Below, one piece after another: positions 37,165 to 46,860 of a DNA stretch of 62,220 bases. The notes beneath the pieces were generated by a model. It was not told where the DNA came from. It ran no database searches and saw only the letters and a program-made list of their open reading frames with translations. Each line of letters opens with the position of its first letter. The first letter of the stretch is position 1. A program made the position numbers and the translations under genes. Source of the stretch: Candidatus Thorarchaeota archaeon (GTDB taxonomy: Archaea; Asgardarchaeota; Thorarchaeia; Thorarchaeales; Thorarchaeaceae). The DNA lies in contig JBHLRQ010000005.1 in the NCBI GenBank assembly GCA_048882385.1, forward strand, positions 1 through 62,220, given 5' to 3'.

Positions 37165-38346
37165 TTATCTTCGAACACGTAAAATAATCGTTACAACAGC
37201 AATACCAGCAATCGCAACACCGCCAACTATGATATAGGGAATATACTGTGGAACATCTGTTGGATCTGGGTAATTATTCGTGATTGCATTAATCACTTGG
37301 CCTACCCACGAGTCATATTGCCACGCTCCAGTATTGTCAGAGGAAAAGACAACCACAACATCATGCTCTGGAACGACGTAGATGAGCTGACCATTATACC
37401 CTCTCGCTGAATACCAATTCTGATAATCGTTAATCCACCACTGATATCCATAGCTGGTGCCTCCGTAAGGAGTTGATGGACCATGGTTCGACCTATTGAC
37501 CCAATCTGATGACACTATTTGTTGAGTATCCCACGTTCCATTGTTCATGTAAAGCAAACCAATCTTAGCCATGTCCCTCGGCCTTAGTGCCAAATCTGAA
37601 CCACCAAAACTGACACCATAGGGGTCTGGTAGCCACCCTCTGCTGGTGATTCCCAATGGACCAAATAGATATTGATCTGCAAAGGCAAGCGGAGTCATTC
37701 CGGTTGTCACATTGATTATAGTGGCTAAAAGGTGAGAGTTTCCACTATTGTAGTAGAAATGAGACCCTGGTTCATGTTCCATCGGTTTATCAAGAACATA
37801 CTGAGCCCAATCAGCAGCATCTTTCATTCCAAAGTAGTCGTTGTACGTATCGTATCCATCCTCATCCCATTCAAATCCTGACCTCATCCTAAGTACATCT
37901 TCCAGAGTGATGTTATCTTTCCATGCACTGGGGTTGGCGATTGTTCTATCTGGAAAGAAGTCGAGTAGAGGTTGACTTGTGTTATCGATGAAGCCCTTAT
38001 CGATGGCTATCCCAATCAGACAAGATACAACGCTTTTCGTTACTGAGAACACGATGTGTGTAGTGTTAACATCATAAATCTGGGGTAAGAAATACTCCTC
38101 CGCAACTAAATAGCCATGTCTTACAACAAGAAGACTACGAATATTCGCACCAGCTTCTCTGACATGTTCATATACCTCATCGAGAAGAGCGGAATCCATG
38201 CCTTGCTGTTCAGGAGAGGTCGTTGTCCATCCGTTTGTTGGCCATTCTTCAACAGGTCTGTCAGCATTCACTTCTGATGGGAATACAAGAACCGTAGAAA
38301 CTAAAATCAGAATGATAGCTAGTGTGATCAAACCTCGTGTCTTCAT
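37165..38346 (-). CDS. Membrane-anchored serine hydrolase (beta-lactamase class C/PBP fold)
   Basis: Signal peptide, FSVTKS (SxxK), FYYNSG, ARG, C-terminal TM plus RVRR. Confidence 0.88.
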   Translation of the reverse strand: MKTRGLITLAIILILVSTVLVFPSEVNADRPVEEWPTNGWTTTSPEQQGMDSALLDEVYEHVREAGANIRSLLVVRHGYLVAEEYFLPQIYDVNTTHIVFSVTKSVVSCLIGIAIDKGFIDNTSQPLLDFFPDRTIANPSAWKDNITLEDVLRMRSGFEWDEDGYDTYNDYFGMKDAADWAQYVLDKPMEHEPGSHFYYNSGNSHLLATIINVTTGMTPLAFADQYLFGPLGITSRGWLPDPYGVSFGGSDLALRPRDMAKIGLLYMNNGTWDTQQIVSSDWVNRSNHGPSTPYGGTSYGYQWWINDYQNWYSARGYNGQLIYVVPEHDVVVVFSSDNTGAWQYDSWVGQVINAITNNYPDPTDVPQYIPYIIVGGVAIAGIAVVTIILRVRR

Positions 38347-38478
38347 ATCCTCTTCTCTTCATGGAGCTCAATTAAGTGTGATAATCAACGCAAGCGGTTT
38401 TTGCCAGAGAGCTTCTTTTATCAGTGTGTGATGAAACGAGAGGTGTGTTTGATAATCGATGGGTGAGTTGTAGATACG

Positions 38479-40080
38479 ATGAAACTAATAACCGAAGTAG
38501 CAAAAGATGCTGGAATCGATGAGAAACACCTCGAGAATTATGGAAGATATATGGCAAAAATAAATCTCAATGTTCGAAAAGAATTGGGCAAACGAAAAGG
38601 CAAACTGATTCTTGTAACAGCAACAAATCCTACCCCTGCTGGTGAAGGAAAAACAACCAATTCAATCGGTCTTTCTATGGCATTGAACGCGTTAGGACAC
38701 AATGCAGTTGTCACACTTAGGCAACCCTCTTTGGGTCCTGTTTTTGGTATAAAGGGTGGAGCAGCAGGTGGTGGCAAGTCTACAGTTGAGCCTTTTGAGC
38801 AAATCAACCTGATGTTTACTGGGGACTTTCCCGCAGTATCCGCAGCTGGAAATCTGCTTTCAGCAATGATTGACAACTACATTCACCACGATAAACAACC
38901 TGAGCTAGATGTCAGGAGAACCTATTGGCCGCGAAATTTGGATATGAATGACAGAGCTCTCCGGAAAGTGATTATAGGTCTAGGAGGTAGGTTTGACGGA
39001 TTCCCCAGAGAAGACAGCTTTGTAATAACTTCTGCTTCTGAGGTCATGGCAATCCTAGGTCTCTCAATGGACTATAAAGAACTGAAAGAGCGTCTGGGAA
39101 AAATCCTTGTCGGAAGGTCTGAACAACTCGAGGATATGTTCGCGAGGGATTTAGGAGCAGAGAAAGCAATGGCTGTGATTCTCCGAGACGCACTCAAACC
39201 AAATATTGTTCAAACACAAGAAGGGACTCCTGCCATGATTCATTCTGGTCCTTTCGCAAACATTGCTCACGGTACTAGCTCAATCATTGCTACAGATATT
39301 GCCTTGAAACTGTTTGATTACGTTGTGATAGAAGCTGGATTTGGAGCAGACTTGGGTGCTGAAAAGTTCTTCAACATAGTGACCAGAACCGGTAACTTTG
39401 ATGTTGATGCTTGTGTTGTTGTCACAACAATTCGTGCGCTCAAATATCATGGCTGTGATGATCTTGAGGCTGGATTCCCAAACCTTGAGAAGCACGTAGA
39501 GAATGTCAACAACTTCGGTGTGCCAGCTGTTGTCGCACTCAATCGATTTCCAGACGATACCGAAGAAGAGATTGACCTACTCCGTCAGTTCTGTAAAAGC
39601 AAAGGTTGGAGGATGGAAGTATCGGAGGTCTTCGCCAAGGGTAGTGAGGGTGGAAAGGCTTTGGGTGAAGCTGTCATTGAGGCAATCGCCAATCGTACTA
39701 GTAAGGGTATCAACTATACGTACGACCTGAAAGATCCTATCAAGACCAAGATTCTGAAGGTGGCTCAACAAATCTATGGGGCTGATGATGTTGACTACAC
39801 GACTGGTGCTAGTGGAAGGATACGGTCCTTCGAAAAACGAGGATATGGAAACCTACCCATATGCATAGCCAAGACCCAATTCAGTCTGTCCGACACAAGA
39901 AGTCTGAGATGTCGACCTTCACATTTCGATGTTGAGGTTAATGGTGTTGATGTAAGTAACGGTGCTGGATTCATTGTGGTGTATATGGGTGATATCAATC
40001 TCATGCCCGGGCTCCCAGAAGAACCAGCAGCCTTAGGAATGGATGTAGATGATGATGGGAACATTAGTGGAGTCTTCTAA
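38479..40080 (+). CDS. fhs: Formate--tetrahydrofolate ligase
   Basis: TPAGEGKTT, GIKGGAAGGG, GPFANIAHG, EAGFGADLGAEKF, AKTQ. Confidence 0.96.
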   Translation: MKLITEVAKDAGIDEKHLENYGRYMAKINLNVRKELGKRKGKLILVTATNPTPAGEGKTTNSIGLSMALNALGHNAVVTLRQPSLGPVFGIKGGAAGGGKSTVEPFEQINLMFTGDFPAVSAAGNLLSAMIDNYIHHDKQPELDVRRTYWPRNLDMNDRALRKVIIGLGGRFDGFPREDSFVITSASEVMAILGLSMDYKELKERLGKILVGRSEQLEDMFARDLGAEKAMAVILRDALKPNIVQTQEGTPAMIHSGPFANIAHGTSSIIATDIALKLFDYVVIEAGFGADLGAEKFFNIVTRTGNFDVDACVVVTTIRALKYHGCDDLEAGFPNLEKHVENVNNFGVPAVVALNRFPDDTEEEIDLLRQFCKSKGWRMEVSEVFAKGSEGGKALGEAVIEAIANRTSKGINYTYDLKDPIKTKILKVAQQIYGADDVDYTTGASGRIRSFEKRGYGNLPICIAKTQFSLSDTRSLRCRPSHFDVEVNGVDVSNGAGFIVVYMGDINLMPGLPEEPAALGMDVDDDGNISGVF

Positions 40081-40084
40081 TTAG

Positions 40085-40978
40085 GTGATTGTAATGTCTG
40101 AAGAAGTTGAACTAAAACCAATCTGCGAGGACCATGTCATCAAGGGTCGTAGACTATCGAACCGTCTGAGGAACGAGGTCAAAGATGAGGTTGAAAAACT
40201 CGTTAAGAAACACAAAGTTCCTCCCAAACTCGTTACAATTATCGTAGGTGAGGATCCGGGCTCAAAGATGTACGTCAAGATGAAACATAAGGCGTCAAAC
40301 AAAGCTGGTATCCTCTCTGAAAACTATGACCTGCCTGAATCCACAACTCAGAAGGAACTTCTCAAGCTACTCTCCAAACTCAATGATGACAAGAGGGTCC
40401 ATGGGATTCTTGTTCAACTGCCCCTCCCCAATCACATCGATGAGAAAACGATCATAGGGGCAATTGATCCTCTGAAGGATGTTGATGGCTTCTCTCCAAC
40501 AAACGTATACCGTCTCTTCTATGGAGAGGAGGATCTCAGCGCAGCGACACCTCATGGTATTGTCACAATACTTGATCGGATCGGTTGGAATGACCTATCC
40601 GGTAAGCATGCTGTTATCATCAATAGATCCAATATTGTTGGTAAACCTCTCATCATGCTTCTCTTGAACAGAAACGCGACTGTGACAGTCTGTCATTCAC
40701 GGACAAAGGATCTCTCATCCTTCACAAGACAAGCCGATGTTCTTGTGACTGCGATTGGTCGACGAACAAGCGATGGGGATCCATTCTTCATCACTGAAGA
40801 TATGATTAAGAAGGACTCGGTGGTGATAGATGTTTCAACTCCACATGGCGATGCAGACTTCGAGAAAATCAAGGAAAAGGCCATTTGTATCACGCCAGTA
40901 CCTGGCGGCGTTGGACCAATGACCATCGCAATGCTGCTAAAGAATGTCCTTGCTGCCTACATAGCACAGATTTCATGA
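40085..40978 (+). CDS. folD: Methylenetetrahydrofolate dehydrogenase/cyclohydrolase
   Basis: YVKMK, GILVQLPLP, KDVDG, RSNIVGKP, TPVPGGVGPMT. Confidence 0.95.
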   Translation: MIVMSEEVELKPICEDHVIKGRRLSNRLRNEVKDEVEKLVKKHKVPPKLVTIIVGEDPGSKMYVKMKHKASNKAGILSENYDLPESTTQKELLKLLSKLNDDKRVHGILVQLPLPNHIDEKTIIGAIDPLKDVDGFSPTNVYRLFYGEEDLSAATPHGIVTILDRIGWNDLSGKHAVIINRSNIVGKPLIMLLLNRNATVTVCHSRTKDLSSFTRQADVLVTAIGRRTSDGDPFFITEDMIKKDSVVIDVSTPHGDADFEKIKEKAICITPVPGGVGPMTIAMLLKNVLAAYIAQIS

Positions 40979-41049
40979 AGTGAATGATTTATCTCAAAGG
41001 TATGTTGTAGTCTAATGCACTATCCTTTGTATGGGGAAGTGGTTTCAGA

Positions 41050-42099
41050 ATGGAGATTGATATCAAACCAATTGACTTTCGAAGCGCTACAAGAGATGAG
41101 TGGAAACTGTATCATACATATCGCAGAAAGCAAATGGCCGAAGAGTTTCCTGGTGATCCAATTCTAGATGATGAACAAACAGAAGTTTGGATGCAATCTG
41201 ATTACGATGACTTTGAGGTCTTCTCCTATTCAATTACAAGACATGATAATCCTAACGAGATGATTGCCTATCTTAGATTGAGATATGTAAGCGAAGGTGC
41301 ACCATCATATCCTGGAAATGAGAACATCATGCGAATGATGTTGTATGTTCTCAAAGACTACCGAAGAGAAGGCATAGGTAGAAAACTGCTGAAACTTGCT
41401 GCTAACCTTGCCAAAGAACATGGAAAGGCAATCATGTCAACTGGAACGACCCAAGAAGATGGGCGGAAAGCCCTGAAAAAACTAGGCGCTAAGGAAGCCC
41501 TCACCATGAGGGAAACTCGTACTAATCTTGAAGAAATTGATTGGGCGATGGTCAACACATGGAAAGATGAGGGTCCCAAGCGGTCACCAGATTCAAAGTT
41601 GGAATTCTATACGAAAATTCCTGATGAGATCCTTGAAAATTATTGCAGGGTGTATACTGAGGTTTTCAATCAGGCGCCTATAGACGAATTACAGAGAGGT
41701 GATATTGTCTTCACCCCTGAAAAATGGAGAAAAGATGAAGAGAAGGCAGAAAAAACTGGAATAACATGGATAACAGCGATGGTTCGGGAAAAGAACGGTG
41801 ATATTGCTGGATTGACAGATGTGTATTATGAGCCCAAACATGCACCACTCATGTATCAAGCACTCACTGGAGTTCCGGAGAAATATCGTGGTAGTGGAAA
41901 GGGTAAATGGCTCAAAGCTGCAATGCTTCTAAAAATCAGTGAAGACTTTCCTGATATCAAAATTATTGCAACACAAAATGCAACCTCAAATGCTCCAATG
42001 CTTGCTATTAACGATCGCCTCGGATTCAAGGTTCATATGCAGCACTTCAGTTGCCAGATTGAAACAGAGGAGGTTGTAGATTATCTGAAAAAGAAATGA
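41050..42099 (+). CDS. Tandem GNAT acetyltransferase
   Basis: YRREGIG and YRGSGKG acetyl-CoA motifs; NAPMLAINDRLGF. Confidence 0.85.
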   Translation: MEIDIKPIDFRSATRDEWKLYHTYRRKQMAEEFPGDPILDDEQTEVWMQSDYDDFEVFSYSITRHDNPNEMIAYLRLRYVSEGAPSYPGNENIMRMMLYVLKDYRREGIGRKLLKLAANLAKEHGKAIMSTGTTQEDGRKALKKLGAKEALTMRETRTNLEEIDWAMVNTWKDEGPKRSPDSKLEFYTKIPDEILENYCRVYTEVFNQAPIDELQRGDIVFTPEKWRKDEEKAEKTGITWITAMVREKNGDIAGLTDVYYEPKHAPLMYQALTGVPEKYRGSGKGKWLKAAMLLKISEDFPDIKIIATQNATSNAPMLAINDRLGFKVHMQHFSCQIETEEVVDYLKKK

Positions 42100-42160
42100 T
42101 TGTGTAGTTCAGATTCAATAATAATGAACGTGCCCAAACGCTTTTGTAGACTGTCATCCC

Positions 42161-43744
42161 GTGCGGGCATCGGTGAATCTTGTGAAAGTAGTTGAGTGTG
42201 TACCCAACTTTTCAGAAGGACGAGACAAGAAGGTAATTGACGCGCTCTCAGAAGCCATCAAGAGTGTCGAGGGAGTCCGACTTCTTGATGTTGAATTTGA
42301 TCCAGATCATAACCGATCTGTCTTCACGTTCATTGGCGAACCGCAGCCAGTGAAGGAGGCTGCCTTGAAGGCTGCTGAACTTGCTGTTGAAAAGATCGAC
42401 CTGACCAAACATGAGGGTGCCCATCCACGAATGGGCGCTGTGGATGTGGTGCCATTCATTCCACTCCATGGTGTAACGATTGGGGAGTGCATTGAGCTTT
42501 CAAAGCAGTTTGGTGAGGAGTTCTCCAAGAAGTGCAATGTTCCCGTGTTCCTTTATTCAAAATCTGCGACACGACCAGACAGAGTTGATCTTCCAAACAT
42601 CCGAGAAGGCGAGTTTGAAGCTCTCAGAGAACAGATTGGTCAAGTCCCAGAAAAGGAACCCGACTTCGGACCAAACAAGATACACCCAACTGCAGGAGCT
42701 ACAGCCACTGGTGCTCGAAACTTTCTCATTGCAATAAACTTCAATCTGAACACAACGAACCTTGAGGTTGCGAAGATATGCGCTGATGCAGTTCGTGGCT
42801 TGACTGGTGGCTTTGTTAATGTGCAGGGCATTGGTCTTGACTTACCTGCAAAGAAATGTGTACAAGTATCAACAAACCTGACACATCCTCGAAGGACGAA
42901 GATTCACCAAGTGTTGGAGGTTGTAAAGAACGAAGCTCGTCGTTTTGGTGCCACTGTCGTTGAAACTGAGATTATAGGAATGGTCCCGCTCTTTGCACTC
43001 CTTGATGCACTCAGATATTACATCCAACCTGAGAGGCTTGATGAGGATATGATCCTAGACCTTTACTATCTGGGTGGAGGATCCGATCCAACTAAGAAGA
43101 CATTCACTGAGATGTCTATGATTGAGTTTGGCAACCAAGTCCGTCGAGCACGTGCGACCCCTGGTGGAGGAAGTGTTGCCGCAGCTCTTGGATCATTTGG
43201 AGCTGGTCTAGTTTGTATGGTCACTGGATTGTCAATCTCAGGTCGTAAGTTCGCTGGTATTAAAGAGGAAATGCGCGAACACAGGCACGCATGTGAATAC
43301 GACCGTGGAGTTCTAATGGACAACATCGAGAAAGACTCTGAAGCTTTTGATGTCGTGATGGAAACATTCAGGATGCCTGAGGAAACAACTGCTGAGAAGA
43401 AGAAGAAAGAGGTTGCTACCCAGAAAGCAACAATCGAAGCTGCCAATGTGCCTTTAAACACAATGCAGCATTCCTTCAACGCATTAACACATGCCAAAGT
43501 GGCTGCTGAGAAGGGGAATATCAACGCAATCACTGATGCTGGAGTTGCAGCTCATGCCCTCATGGCTGCAATAGAAGGAGCAGCACTGAATGTACGGATA
43601 AATCTCGGTAACATTACGGACAAGTCATTTGTTGATAAAACATCAAAAGCAGTAGAGAAACTGCTCACAGATGGTGCTAAGATTAAGGCTGAGATCCTAG
43701 AGGTTGTAGAAGCTCGTATGAAGAAGCTTGCTGATAACAATTAG
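42161..43744 (+). CDS. ftcd: Fused glutamate formiminotransferase / formiminotetrahydrofolate cyclodeaminase
   Basis: ECVPNFSEGR, DHNRSV, HPRMGAVDVVPF; C-terminal cyclodeaminase TPGGGSVAA, GNINAITD, LNVRINL. Confidence 0.93.
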   Translation: MRASVNLVKVVECVPNFSEGRDKKVIDALSEAIKSVEGVRLLDVEFDPDHNRSVFTFIGEPQPVKEAALKAAELAVEKIDLTKHEGAHPRMGAVDVVPFIPLHGVTIGECIELSKQFGEEFSKKCNVPVFLYSKSATRPDRVDLPNIREGEFEALREQIGQVPEKEPDFGPNKIHPTAGATATGARNFLIAINFNLNTTNLEVAKICADAVRGLTGGFVNVQGIGLDLPAKKCVQVSTNLTHPRRTKIHQVLEVVKNEARRFGATVVETEIIGMVPLFALLDALRYYIQPERLDEDMILDLYYLGGGSDPTKKTFTEMSMIEFGNQVRRARATPGGGSVAAALGSFGAGLVCMVTGLSISGRKFAGIKEEMREHRHACEYDRGVLMDNIEKDSEAFDVVMETFRMPEETTAEKKKKEVATQKATIEAANVPLNTMQHSFNALTHAKVAAEKGNINAITDAGVAAHALMAAIEGAALNVRINLGNITDKSFVDKTSKAVEKLLTDGAKIKAEILEVVEARMKKLADNN

Positions 43745-43745
43745 T

Positions 43746-44825
43746 TCATTCTATCTTCGTAAGGGTGGCCCCATTGCCCACCATCACGATATAGGCAGTT
43801 CCACCCGCAAGCTCAATCGCATTAGCTACCTTCCTCTCTATTCCTGACGCATAAGCCATCATAGATCCACCCCCTCCACTTCCATTAATCTTGCAACCAG
43901 TCGCTCCTGCATCCAGAGCTGCATTAATGAGACTCTCAATCTTCGGAGTTGACCTGTATAAGTCATCTCTCAATATTTCATGATGTTCTTGGATCATATC
44001 ACCCAAGTCGAATGCGTCTGGACTTTCTTGATTCAGTAGCTCGAGAGCTCTATAGGTGAGGTCTCTGTTTCGTAGTGTAGCTTCTGCCATCAACCGTTCT
44101 TTGCTAGGGTTCCTCTTACTAATCTCATAGACCATGTTTGCTGGTGTCGTTCTCCGGTTGAATGAACTGATTCTCTTTGTTATTGCATCGTATTCTCTTT
44201 CTACGGTGGTTCTAATAAAATGCAGGTCTCCGACAGTGTCTTTCTTTTTCTCTCCAGAATCTCCTATAACAAATGAACCAAGTTTGGCAGGCAGATTTGT
44301 GATCTCATGACTCTCCATATCGACGTGAATCACTCCTCCCATGACAGAGGCGAAGTGGTCCATAGTTCCACCACTCTCTCCAAATTCCGTAACTTCTGCA
44401 TCATAGGCCGTCAAAGCAACTTCCTCTTTTGCCATCTTCTTTCCAGACATCTCTACAACTGTCATAATGGCTGCTACAGTCATAGCTGATGAACTGGATA
44501 ATCCAGCAGATAATGGAATGTTACCACTTACTTTCAAATTCCATCCGTTTTTGGGCTTGAAACCATTTCTTGACATAACATTGAATGAGCTTCTGATGTA
44601 GTCCCTCTTTTTTCGGTATTCCACCTTAGAATCCAGAGAGAACTCGTCTACTTCTCCCAAATCACTATAGTCCACATGGATCTTATTATCATCACGCGGA
44701 GTAGCAATGATTTCAACAACTAAATCAATTGCTGCAGCAATCACGTCTAGACCCAAGTAATCACTATGTTCGCCAAAAAGACACACGCGACCTGGAGCAC
44801 TCACTCGAAAAGCCATTTCTCTCAC
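43746..44825 (-). CDS. GHMP kinase (galactokinase-like)
   Basis: APGRVCLFGEHSDY, PLSAGLSSSSA, GTMD, GSGGGG. Confidence 0.88.
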   Translation of the reverse strand: MREMAFRVSAPGRVCLFGEHSDYLGLDVIAAAIDLVVEIIATPRDDNKIHVDYSDLGEVDEFSLDSKVEYRKKRDYIRSSFNVMSRNGFKPKNGWNLKVSGNIPLSAGLSSSSAMTVAAIMTVVEMSGKKMAKEEVALTAYDAEVTEFGESGGTMDHFASVMGGVIHVDMESHEITNLPAKLGSFVIGDSGEKKKDTVGDLHFIRTTVEREYDAITKRISSFNRRTTPANMVYEISKRNPSKERLMAEATLRNRDLTYRALELLNQESPDAFDLGDMIQEHHEILRDDLYRSTPKIESLINAALDAGATGCKINGSGGGGSMMAYASGIERKVANAIELAGGTAYIVMVGNGATLTKIE

Positions 44826-44899
44826 CGAATTCTTGTATGAACACCTTATTGCATCTTTGTGAAACAGCGCATCCTCGATTAGGTCTGGTGTTCAAGAGA

Positions 44900-45994
44900 T
44901 TACTTCTGTTCAAAAGCCAACTTAACTGCAGTTTCGATATCTTCTGGAGTGACACCTGGTGACTCGATGTTGTACTTTGAATAGGCCTCTTTTGCTTTAT
45001 CAAGAATATTGCCATTCTCAGTTTTTGCTCCTATGAGTGTCTTCTCTAGATTTGAAATCGCATCCATTGGCAACATAAAGAAGTCACCACTTATGACAAC
45101 TTCATTCAGTTTGCCTTCAACTTCTTCAGCAGTGACTCGCATCAGACCGCCGGGTGCTTTGAAGTTGGATGTTCCAACACGTGTAGTTGCTGATATTCTA
45201 ACAGTTCTGGCATCAAGCCTTCCACCTCTTCTCCAGTGAAGCCACTCATCTGACATGTACTTGGGTTTGAGTTCGTTTACTTTGTCAATCTCCCATTTAT
45301 TGAACCTACCAGGGACTAGTTCGATGTCGAGGGTTTCTTCATAGAGTCGCAAGAGGTCCTTCTTTACTTCGGTTCTGTTTGGCATTGAACCAGTTTCTTG
45401 AAGAATTGTCGACATTCTCTCTCTCAGACTTTGTGCGATTTTGTCTCTGAATTTCTCATCTGGGACTCGAAGAACCTTTACCATCATATCAAAATTGAAA
45501 TCAAAGATAAGGTTTCCAACGAGAATTCTTGCGTCACCGATATCTCCAGCACCATTTCCTGAGATCTTCTTTCCATTAGCTATGATGTCATTCACTGGTT
45601 TGAATTCTGCAGGAATTCCAAGATTCCTATAGGCTTGTACAGGAGCCTCAAGAAACTTGACATAATAATCATCAATTCTCTTCGGAGTGGTAGGGCTGTC
45701 CTGTCGTCCAATCAATTGATAGAACATCTGCCCGTCATCTAGATAGACTCCACCTCCGCCAACAGTTCGACGTGTATAGAATATGTCATTCTCTTGACAA
45801 AACTTTGTGTCGATATCCGCCTCGATCTCTTGAAAGTAACCAAGACTCACTAGAGGTTTTGCAGGCCAACATATAATGAGAGTATTCTCAGACTCTCCCT
45901 CAGTGATTCCTTGAGCAATCATATCATAATTAATCTGGGTCTCGATAGGTGCTATTGGTCCTAGATCGAGAAGCCTCCAACTCTCTAGTGTCAT
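44900..45994 (-). CDS. lplA: Lipoate--protein ligase A family protein
   Basis: RRTVGGGGVY, NDII..GKKISGNG, C-terminal KAPGGL..ISGDFF domain. Confidence 0.88.
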   Translation of the reverse strand: MTLESWRLLDLGPIAPIETQINYDMIAQGITEGESENTLIICWPAKPLVSLGYFQEIEADIDTKFCQENDIFYTRRTVGGGGVYLDDGQMFYQLIGRQDSPTTPKRIDDYYVKFLEAPVQAYRNLGIPAEFKPVNDIIANGKKISGNGAGDIGDARILVGNLIFDFNFDMMVKVLRVPDEKFRDKIAQSLRERMSTILQETGSMPNRTEVKKDLLRLYEETLDIELVPGRFNKWEIDKVNELKPKYMSDEWLHWRRGGRLDARTVRISATTRVGTSNFKAPGGLMRVTAEEVEGKLNEVVISGDFFMLPMDAISNLEKTLIGAKTENGNILDKAKEAYSKYNIESPGVTPEDIETAVKLAFEQK

Positions 45995-46074
45995 AACTCA
46001 TCTGTCCATGTGTTTGTCTTATATCCGTTACCAAATGTAAGTAGTAGAGATGCCAAGGAATAAATGTGCTCTAG

Positions 46075-46860
46075 TTGGAACTAGGAGTGATTTTAATGAT
46101 ACAAGCCTTTGGACTGACAAAGAAGTTCAGCGAGTTCATTGCAGTTGACAACCTATCATTTCAAGTCAATCCTGGCGAGATCTACGGTCTCTTAGGACCT
46201 AACGGATCTGGTAAGTCCACAACAATGCGAATGCTTCTTGGTCTTTTGAAACCCACTGAAGGAACTGCAAAAATAATGGGTTTTGACATCAAAGATCAGA
46301 TAGTGGACGCGAAACGCGTCATGGGCTACGTACCAGAAGAACCAGTTCTTCCTGAACGCCTGACTGGCTGGGAATACGCGAACTATGTAAGTGACATTTG
46401 GCGAGTTCCTCGAGGAGAGAAAAGGGAGGAAGAACTAGATGAGCTTCTGACTCTACTTGATATTAAGGATGCGAGTGATGACATCATTGAAACCTACTCC
46501 AAGGGAATGTCAAGAAAAATCAGTCTCGTAGCTGCGTTGATTCATAATCCGAAAGTATTGATTCTTGATGAAATGCAAGCAGGGATTGACCCAAGAGGAG
46601 CTGCGACCATCAAAGAGATACTCAATGGACTAAGAGGTCGTGGAGCTACAATTCTCATGTCCACTCATATTCTTGAGATTGCAGAACAAATCTGCGATAG
46701 GATTGGGATTATTAACGCGGGTAAGATGGTTGCAGAGGGGTCGATGGAAGAGCTTCGAAAACAGGCAAAGGGTCAGAAGTCTCTGGAAGAGATATTTCTG
46801 TCTTTGACAGGCGGACCCGATATGCAGAAGATTGCAGAATACCTTGGTGAAGTAGAGTGA
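46075..46860 (+). CDS. ABC exporter ATP-binding subunit
   Basis: GPNGSGKS, YSKGM signature, LILDE, STH. Confidence 0.93.
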   Translation: MELGVILMIQAFGLTKKFSEFIAVDNLSFQVNPGEIYGLLGPNGSGKSTTMRMLLGLLKPTEGTAKIMGFDIKDQIVDAKRVMGYVPEEPVLPERLTGWEYANYVSDIWRVPRGEKREEELDELLTLLDIKDASDDIIETYSKGMSRKISLVAALIHNPKVLILDEMQAGIDPRGAATIKEILNGLRGRGATILMSTHILEIAEQICDRIGIINAGKMVAEGSMEELRKQAKGQKSLEEIFLSLTGGPDMQKIAEYLGEVE

